A stretch of 43,810 bases of DNA from Azoarcus sp. Lineage in GTDB: Bacteria; Pseudomonadota; Gammaproteobacteria; Burkholderiales; Rhodocyclaceae. The stretch lies in NCBI GenBank assembly GCA_031257305.1, contig JAIRPB010000057.1:1-43810 (forward strand), in the 5' to 3' direction. The position numbers were made by a program, and so were the translations under genes. Positions within the stretch are counted from its first letter, which is position 1, and every line of letters starts with the position of its first letter. A model generated the notes under the pieces. It had not been told where the DNA came from. It was given only the letters and a program-made list of their open reading frames with translations, and searched no databases. This document shows positions 37,469 through 43,810 of this stretch, piece after piece.

Positions 37469-37533
37469 CGTCATTCCGGCTTTATGCCGGAATCCAGACA
37501 GCCGTTTTGAATTCTTGCATTCGCCAGAATGAC
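37469..37533. repeat. CGTC-type palindromic element between the convergent yhcG-like and dnaJ genes
   Basis: CGTCATTCCGGC-tttat-GCCGGAATCC...GAATTC...AGAATGAC; GTCATT/AATGAC termini. Confidence 0.7.
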
Positions 37534-37552
37534 ACGGAGAAATGAAACGCCA

Positions 37553-38680
37553 TCACGTCCCAAAAAAATCCCGTACTTTATCCATCCACGATTTGGCTTT
37601 GGGATTGTGACGGTCAACGTTGTCGCGGGAGACTTCTTCAAATTCTCTTAGCAATTCGCGTTGACGCTCATTTAGGTGGATAGGCGTCTCAACTAGAACA
37701 TGGCAGAGCAAATCACCGCGAGCTAGTGAACGGACATTGCGGATGCCTTTGCCGCGTAGGCGGAAAACTTTCCCGCTCTGCGTTTCTGCCGGGATTTTGA
37801 GACGCGCCATGCCTTCCAGTGTGGGAATTTCGATTTCTCCCCCTAGCGCTGCCGTCACAAAGCTAATGGGCATTTCGCAGTGCAAGTCGTCGTGCTCGCG
37901 CTCAAATACGGAGTGCTGGAGGATATGGATTTCTACATACAAATCGCCGGGAGGCCCGCCGCCTACGCCCGGCTCGCCGTGACCCGCGTGACGTAGGCGC
38001 ATCCCTTCATCGATACCGGCGGGAATTTTGACTTCCAGCGTTTTTTTGCGTTTTACGCGGCCCGCGCCGCCGCAGTCATGGCAAGGGTCTTGGATGATGC
38101 GCCCGCTGCCGTGGCAACGGTGGCAGGGCTGTTGGAGCGAGAAAAAACCTTGCTGGATACGCATTTGCCCAGAACCGCCGCAGTTTGGGCAGGTTGTGGC
38201 GCTGGTCCCTGCTTTCGCGCCCGTGCCGCCACAGGTTTCACACTCCATGATGGCGGGAATCCTGATGGTTTTTTCCGCCCCGCGCGCGGCTTCTTCAAGC
38301 GTAATTTCAAGGTTGTACCGTAAGTCCGCGCCTCGGTAGACATTGGCGCGGCTACGGCCGCCGCCAAAAAGGTCATCGAAAATATTTGAGAAAGCGTCAC
38401 CGAACCCTTCAAATCCCGCCCCGGTAAACCCGCCTCCCGCCGCGCCCATCGACGGGTCGACGCCCGCGTGGCCAAAACGGTCGTAGGCATCGCGCTTTTT
38501 AACGTCGGAGAGCACTTCATAGGCTTCCTTGGCTTCCTTGAACCGCTCCTCGGCTTCTTTGCTGTCGGGATTGCGATCTGGATGGTATTTCATCGCCAGC
38601 TTGCGATACGCCTTTTTGATGGCGTCGTCGTTCGCATCGCGGTTGACGCCAAGAACATCGTAATAATCTTTTTTGGTCAT
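37553..38680 (-). CDS. dnaJ: Chaperone DnaJ
   Basis: J domain with HPD, G/F-rich region, four CxxCxGxG motifs. Confidence 0.98.
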   Translation of the reverse strand: MTKKDYYDVLGVNRDANDDAIKKAYRKLAMKYHPDRNPDSKEAEERFKEAKEAYEVLSDVKKRDAYDRFGHAGVDPSMGAAGGGFTGAGFEGFGDAFSNIFDDLFGGGRSRANVYRGADLRYNLEITLEEAARGAEKTIRIPAIMECETCGGTGAKAGTSATTCPNCGGSGQMRIQQGFFSLQQPCHRCHGSGRIIQDPCHDCGGAGRVKRKKTLEVKIPAGIDEGMRLRHAGHGEPGVGGGPPGDLYVEIHILQHSVFEREHDDLHCEMPISFVTAALGGEIEIPTLEGMARLKIPAETQSGKVFRLRGKGIRNVRSLARGDLLCHVLVETPIHLNERQRELLREFEEVSRDNVDRHNPKAKSWMDKVRDFFGT

Positions 38681-38783
38681 ATTTCGTTCCGGTTCCGGCT
38701 TGCCGCAGATGCGGCAACGGGGATGTCGCGCATCCCCGTGCAGGCTTTATCGAAAGAACCCCGTGGAAAAGAGCGCCACGGCT

Positions 38784-40742
38784 TTACTTTTTGTCCTTCA
38801 CTTCGGTGAATTCGGCGTCAACCACGTCAGCTTCAGCCGCCTTGCTGCCGCCGCTATTCCCGCCGCCGCCGCCCGCCGCGCCTTCAGGCTGGGCACCGGG
38901 CTGCTGCGCACCGGCTGATTGCTGGTGCTGCGCGTACATGGCCTCACCCAGTTTTTGGCTGGCAGCCGCCAGCGCCTGCGATTTGGCTTCGATAAGGGCT
39001 TTATCGTCGCTCTTAAGGGCTTCTTCGGCTTCTTTGATGGCGGCTTCAATCTTGGCACGGTCATCCGCCGTCACTTTGTCGCCGTATTCTTTGAGCGCCT
39101 TGCGGGTGGCGTGAATCATGGCATCGCATTCGTTGCGGGTGTTGACAAGGTCGTGCGTCCGTTTGTCCTCTTCCGCGTGGGTGGCCGCGTCTTGCACCAT
39201 GCGCTGGATTTCAGCGTCAGACAGTCCCGAGTTGGCTTTGATGGTGATTTTGTTTTCTTTGCCCGTGGCCTTGTCTTTGGCTGAAACGTGCAGAATGCCG
39301 TTGGCGTCGATATCGAAAGTCACTTCAATCTGCGGCATGCCACGCGGCGCGGGCGGGATGTCGGTCAGGTTGAACTGCCCTAGGCTCTTATTGCCGCCCG
39401 CCATATCGCGCTCACCCTGCAAGACATGAATCGTGACGGCGGACTGGTTGTCGTCAGCCGTCGAGAACACTTGGCTCGCCTTGGTGGGGATGGTGGTGTT
39501 CTTTTGGATGAGCTTAGTCATGACGCCGCCCAAGGTTTCAATGCCCAGCGAGAGCGGGGTCACGTCGAGCAGCAGCACGTCCTTCACTTCGCCTTGCAGT
39601 ACGCCGCCTTGGATAGAAGCGCCCACGGCCACGGCTTCGTCAGGGTTCACGTCTTTGCGGGGTTCTTTGCCGAAGAACTCTTTTACCTTTTCCTGCACTT
39701 TGGGCATGCGGGTTTGACCACCGACGAGGATAACGTCATCGATGTCAGTTACTTTGATGCCCGCGTCTTTAATGGCAATGCGGCAGGGTTCAATAGAGCG
39801 TTCGATGAGGTCCTCCACCAACGCCTCAAACTTGGCGCGCGTGATTTTCATCGTCAGGTGCTTGGGACCGGAAGCATCCGCCGTGATGTAAGGCAGGTTG
39901 ACTTCAGTCTGCTGGCTGGAGGAAAGCTCAATCTTGGCTTTTTCAGCGGCTTCTTTCAGGCGTTGCAACGCCAGCACGTCATTTTTGAGGTCGACGCCTT
40001 GCTCTTTTTTGAACTCGGTCACGATGTAGTCAATGATGCGCTGGTCAAAGTCCTCACCGCCCAAGAACGTATCGCCGTTGGTCGAGAGCACTTCAAACTG
40101 GTGCTCGCCATCGATGTCGGCAATTTCAATGATGGAGATGTCAAACGTGCCGCCGCCCAAGTCGTATACGGCAATTTTGGAATCACCCGGTTTTTTATCC
40201 ATGCCGAAAGCCAGCGCCGCCGCCGTAGGCTCGTTGATGATGCGGCGCACTTCCAGCCCGGCGATTTTGCCCGCGTCTTTCGTGGCTTGGCGCTGGCTGT
40301 CGTTGAAATAAGCGGGAACGGTGATGACGGCTTCGGTAATTTCTTCGCCGAGATAGTCCTCGGCGGTTTTTTTCATTTTGCGCAGCACTTCGGCAGAAAC
40401 TTGCGGCGGGGCAATTTTTTTGTCGTGGACTTCCACCCAAGCGTCGCCGTTATCCGCTTTCACAATTCTAAAAGGCATCAGGTCGATGTCTTTTTGCACT
40501 TCCTTCTCTTCAAAACGACGGCCAATCAGGCGCTTGACGGCAAAGAGGGTGTTCTTGGCATTGGTGACGGCCTGACGTTTGGCGGGCGCGCCGACGAGGA
40601 TTTCATTGTCGTCAGCATAGGCCACCACGGACGGCGTGGTACGTGCGCCTTCAGAATTTTCGATGACTTTGGGCTTGCCCGCTTCCATCACGGAAACGCA
40701 GCTATTGGTGGTGCCGAGGTCAATACCGATGATTTTGCTCAT
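38784..40742 (-). CDS. dnaK: Chaperone DnaK
   Basis: [46 protein letters not shown]. Confidence 0.99.
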   Translation of the reverse strand: MSKIIGIDLGTTNSCVSVMEAGKPKVIENSEGARTTPSVVAYADDNEILVGAPAKRQAVTNAKNTLFAVKRLIGRRFEEKEVQKDIDLMPFRIVKADNGDAWVEVHDKKIAPPQVSAEVLRKMKKTAEDYLGEEITEAVITVPAYFNDSQRQATKDAGKIAGLEVRRIINEPTAAALAFGMDKKPGDSKIAVYDLGGGTFDISIIEIADIDGEHQFEVLSTNGDTFLGGEDFDQRIIDYIVTEFKKEQGVDLKNDVLALQRLKEAAEKAKIELSSSQQTEVNLPYITADASGPKHLTMKITRAKFEALVEDLIERSIEPCRIAIKDAGIKVTDIDDVILVGGQTRMPKVQEKVKEFFGKEPRKDVNPDEAVAVGASIQGGVLQGEVKDVLLLDVTPLSLGIETLGGVMTKLIQKNTTIPTKASQVFSTADDNQSAVTIHVLQGERDMAGGNKSLGQFNLTDIPPAPRGMPQIEVTFDIDANGILHVSAKDKATGKENKITIKANSGLSDAEIQRMVQDAATHAEEDKRTHDLVNTRNECDAMIHATRKALKEYGDKVTADDRAKIEAAIKEAEEALKSDDKALIEAKSQALAAASQKLGEAMYAQHQQSAGAQQPGAQPEGAAGGGGGNSGGSKAAEADVVDAEFTEVKDKK

Positions 40743-40807
40743 GATGCAAGGTTCCTTTCATTGGGAGATGTTTTGTTTCAGGCCGCCTTTGGCCCGGAAT
40801 GAATCGA

Positions 40808-40835
40808 ATATGGGGCAATGCGGCGCACTTTCAAG
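40808..40835 (-). promoter_or_regulatory. Sigma32 (RpoH) promoter of dnaK
   Basis: Minus strand CTTGAAA-N13-CCCCATAT matches the consensus; the -35 box contains the grpE TGA stop. Confidence 0.85.
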
Positions 40836-41637
40836 CCTTTGCTTTGGCAACCATCACCATTGCGGGGCGAATCACACGCCCGTGCAACAAATAGCCCTTT
40901 TGCAGCACGTTGATAACGGTGTTGGGTTCAGCATCCGAATCCACTGCGGCGATGGCTTGATGTTTGTTGGGGTCGAATTTTTGCCCCATCGGGTTTTCTT
41001 CGGTGAGACTGGCGCCCTCAAAAGCGGCCACCAACTGTTTGTGAGTTAATTCCACGCCCTCGCGCAGTTTTTCTAGCGTCTGGCTTTCAGTCGCCAGCGC
41101 CGCCTCTAGGCTGTCTTTGACAGGCAGCATAGAACTGGCAAATTTTTCAGCCGCAAATTTCGACGCCTTAAAAATATCCTCCTGCATACGGCGGCGCACG
41201 TTTTCGGTTTCCGCCTTTGCGCGCAACCAAGCATCGTGCTCTGACGTAGCACGGGCTTCGGCGTCAGACAATTTGGCTTCAGCCTCCGCAAGCCGTTGTT
41301 CCATTTCGGCGGCATGGGCGGCTTGGGCAGGAGCTTCATCCGCCGGGGCGAGAACGTTTTCAGGGGGCTGTTCAGGTAGCGTTCCGGCAAACGTCTCAAT
41401 CGGAATTTCAGACGCCGGTATGTCCAAAATATCAGAGAGCGGTACATCTAAAATTTCGGGAACAGATTCAGCCTCGGCGCTAACAGGCACTTCGATTTCG
41501 ACGGGCGGCACGGCACTCGCGGGTTCCACAGGCGCGGCCGTAGCAGATAGCGCGGCATCCCCGGCAGGATTATTCGCCGGTTTTTCCGGTGCGGCGGGTT
41601 TCGACGGCTTTCCCGGTGCGGCAGGATGAGACGACAT
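40831..41637 (-). CDS. grpE: Nucleotide exchange factor GrpE with a long N-terminal extension
   Basis: [46 protein letters not shown]; GAGGA RBS before 41637. Confidence 0.95.
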   Translation of the reverse strand: MSSHPAAPGKPSKPAAPEKPANNPAGDAALSATAAPVEPASAVPPVEIEVPVSAEAESVPEILDVPLSDILDIPASEIPIETFAGTLPEQPPENVLAPADEAPAQAAHAAEMEQRLAEAEAKLSDAEARATSEHDAWLRAKAETENVRRRMQEDIFKASKFAAEKFASSMLPVKDSLEAALATESQTLEKLREGVELTHKQLVAAFEGASLTEENPMGQKFDPNKHQAIAAVDSDAEPNTVINVLQKGYLLHGRVIRPAMVMVAKAKA

Positions 41638-41674
41638 AGCAACCAGTCCTCAAAATAAAAAAGTAGTTTTTATT

Positions 41675-41701
41675 TATTGGGGCGTGGTAAATTTTTTCAA
41701 C
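41675..41701 (-). promoter_or_regulatory. Probable sigma32 promoter of grpE
   Basis: Minus strand GTTGAAA-N12-CCCCAATA, about 40 nt upstream of the grpE start. Confidence 0.6.
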
Positions 41702-41830
41702 CCCCTGTTTGCAATTAACATTCGCTTTCTTGTCCGGCGCGCCTTTTCCCGCGCCGGGAACCCACATAAACCAGACTGGTCATGATAAATGTCAGTCCGC
41801 TACCATCGGTTGCCCCAACCCTCCAGCCCC

Positions 41831-43291
41831 ATGAACCCACCTACTTTCATCCGCGCTGCCCTCTGTTTTGCCCTCATTTTTAGCGGACTCGCCCCTCCCG
41901 CCGCCCGCCCTGCCCTGCCAGACACGCCGGATACCGCCCCAAACAGCCGCGAAATGGATCTGCGCCTTGCCGACGCCGTTCGGCTAGGGCTTGCCCACAA
42001 CAGCGACATCCAAGCCGCCCGCCTTGAATGGACATCGCAAAAAACCGTCTCAAACACCGCCTACGACACGCTTTCTCCCAAGCTCGTTATCAATGGCAGC
42101 CACACCGTTAGCCAAAACGCGGATCGCACCCAGCGCACGGAAATATCCCCTACCGCCACGCTACAAAGCGAATACGGTACGCAATTCAACCTATCGCTCA
42201 ACAACCAGATAACCCAAGACGAACGCGGCGTTGCCAGCCGGGGCGATGGCGCAAGTTTCACCATCGTCCAGCCGCTGATGCGCGGGGCACGGCGAGACAT
42301 TGTCACGGCTCCTCAGCGCATTGCGCAAATCACGGATGAAATCAACCAACTCAACCTAAAAGCCACGATTTCAGACGTCATCACGCAAATCATCCTCGCC
42401 TGGCATGAAGTCCTGCGTGCCCAAGAACGTTCAAGGCTGGCCCATGAAGCCCTCTCGCACTCACACCGCGCACTCTCTGACGACCTCTACAGCGCCGCGT
42501 CCGGTTACTGGCTCGAAACTGACTTCACTAATTTCTCACAGGCCGAATCCGAAACCGCCAGCCGGGAACTCAACCTAGAAGAAGCCGCGCTCCGCCTTGA
42601 CGCAAGCCGCCAGCAACTATTGCGGCTCCTCGCGCTGGACCCAGACACGCCCATCCACGCCGTCGACTCGCTGGAATGCCAGCCAGTCAAAACCAGCCTT
42701 GCCAAAGCGATGACAACCGCCATCGAACATCAGCCGGAATATCTCATACAGCGGCTCAACTCAAACCGTGCCGCCATTGAACTCGCCGTCGCGCGCGACC
42801 AACGGCAATGGGACGTTTCCCTCGTCGGAGGAGTCAGCCAAACACGCACACGGACTCCCGGCGCATCAACCAGCCAAAACCGGGATAACCGCGCCGCTAT
42901 CCGCATTGACATCCCCCTAGGCGACATCGCCCCCCGGCAATCCGAAACCAAAGCCCGCATCAAAGCCAACAGCCAAGACAACCAGCTCACTGACGCACGG
43001 CAAGCCCTAGAAAGCAATCTCTCCAGCGTCCTGCGCGAACTAGACACCCGCTGGCGGCAATATGAAACCGCCAACCGCGCGCTCAACAGCTTCCGGCAAA
43101 AACTCCACGCCGAACACGAACGCACCCGCCACCTGCCGCCCGACAGTTTCCGCACGTTCGCCCTCATCGCCAAACTCCACCATGCCGAATCCGCCCGAGT
43201 CGATTCGCTCGTGGCCTACCGCAACGCCGTCGCCACGCTCGACAGAATGACGGGCACCACGCTAGAGAGCTGGGACATCAAATTGGAGTAG
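41831..43291 (+). CDS. TolC-family outer membrane efflux protein
   Basis: Signal peptide, LRLADAVRLGLAHN, IVQPLMRG, two helical/beta halves, ends LDRMTGTTLESW; start could be 41789. Confidence 0.8.
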   Translation: MNPPTFIRAALCFALIFSGLAPPAARPALPDTPDTAPNSREMDLRLADAVRLGLAHNSDIQAARLEWTSQKTVSNTAYDTLSPKLVINGSHTVSQNADRTQRTEISPTATLQSEYGTQFNLSLNNQITQDERGVASRGDGASFTIVQPLMRGARRDIVTAPQRIAQITDEINQLNLKATISDVITQIILAWHEVLRAQERSRLAHEALSHSHRALSDDLYSAASGYWLETDFTNFSQAESETASRELNLEEAALRLDASRQQLLRLLALDPDTPIHAVDSLECQPVKTSLAKAMTTAIEHQPEYLIQRLNSNRAAIELAVARDQRQWDVSLVGGVSQTRTRTPGASTSQNRDNRAAIRIDIPLGDIAPRQSETKARIKANSQDNQLTDARQALESNLSSVLRELDTRWRQYETANRALNSFRQKLHAEHERTRHLPPDSFRTFALIAKLHHAESARVDSLVAYRNAVATLDRMTGTTLESWDIKLE

Positions 43292-43316
43292 GCGTAATGT
43301 TCGCCCGCTATGATGC

Positions 43317-43500
43317 GACCGCTGGAAAAACAGCCCGCTCACCGAGCACACGGGCATAGCTATTTTTCGTTGAACTGTGCTGCCTCCTTAACGTGCCGCA
43401 TCCCGGCAATGCCGGGAGCTACTGCTTTGAGTACGGCACACAGAAATCCGGCCGCGGCAACGGCCTTGCGGACGTATTCAAGCACGGCTATTGCGCTGGT
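43317..43500 (+). pseudogene. Decayed 5' remnant of an MmeI-like (type IIL/IIG) restriction-modification gene
   Basis: Across one frameshift and a TAG stop it reads DRWKNSPLTE../A*LFFVELCCLLNVPHP...YCFEYGTQKSGRGNGLADVFKHG, matching the recalled N-terminal nuclease pattern W..L.ER..AQ.HF.DLC.LL...YCFE.G..K...G.G.ADVWK.G. Confidence 0.65.
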
Positions 43501-43616
43501 GCTACATCAACTCTGAAAAGCCCCGCCCGCAATCTTCCCGTGCATCGGCAACTGACCACTGCGGGATGGAAGATACAAAGATACCGCCCCCCGCCGTCAA
43601 ACCATCACAAAACGCC

Positions 43617-43688
43617 CGTCATTGCGAGCGCAGCGAAGCAATCCATCGCGGCTTCTGGATTTCCCGCCGCCTTGCGGCTCGCAATAAC
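43617..43688. repeat. CGTC-type palindromic element
   Basis: CGTCATTGCGAGCGCAGCGAAGCAATCC...GGATT...CTCGCAATAAC. Confidence 0.78.
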
Positions 43689-43694
43689 ACCACC

Positions 43695-43789
43695 GTAGGG
43701 GCGGGTTTCAAACCCGCCCTGCCTAAAACTCCCGCCTGCCCAAACCGCGCCCCGGCAGGTGCAAGGGCGGGTTTGAAACCCGCCCCTAC
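43695..43789. repeat. GTAG-type REP doublet (REPIN)
   Basis: GTAGGGGCGGGTTTCAAACCCGCCCT at 43695-43720 and its exact reverse complement at 43764-43789. Confidence 0.9.
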
Positions 43790-43810
43790 GCGAAATATAC
43801 CGCCGCCCTG

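Noticed and set aside
39426-40802. 458-aa ORF antisense to dnaK
   Set aside because: This is the familiar shadow ORF opposite hsp70/dnaK genes caused by codon bias; there is no independent evidence of coding.
43310-43698. ORFs 43310-43516 and 43393-43698 as real genes
   Set aside because: They are better explained as frames crossing a pseudogene remnant and repeat elements.
43617-43789. CRISPR array
   Set aside because: The repeats are inverted, not direct with unique spacers, and no cas genes are present.

Overview
The window looks like a betaproteobacterial chromosome segment (Rhodocyclales-like gene content, inferred from the proteins). The core genes are: a motAB-cheR-cheB-cheV-cheV-cheY-cheZ-cheA motility/chemotaxis block; ppx-tatD-etfBA-acyl-CoA dehydrogenase; sodB-tal; lysS; sulP; and grpE-dnaK-dnaJ with two sigma32-type promoters. 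The accessory content is: a rearranged, partly AT-rich, Pseudomonas-like LPS-core cluster (DUF6625, WapR-like GT2, WaaL-like ligase, an internally deleted Ssg-like pseudogene, WapH-like GT4); the 3' half of an aryl-polyene-type cluster; and an orphan TolC-family gene. Several solitary defence-like genes are also present: a P-loop NTPase with exact 40-aa PPR-like repeats, an Rpn nuclease with a probable intragenic antitoxin start, a YhcG/DUF1016 nuclease gene with two in-frame palindromes, and a decayed MmeI-like restriction-modification remnant. CGTC- and GTAG-type REP elements occur in intergenic regions. I saw no rRNA, tRNA or CRISPR array. All family calls come from recognising motifs by eye; no searches were run.
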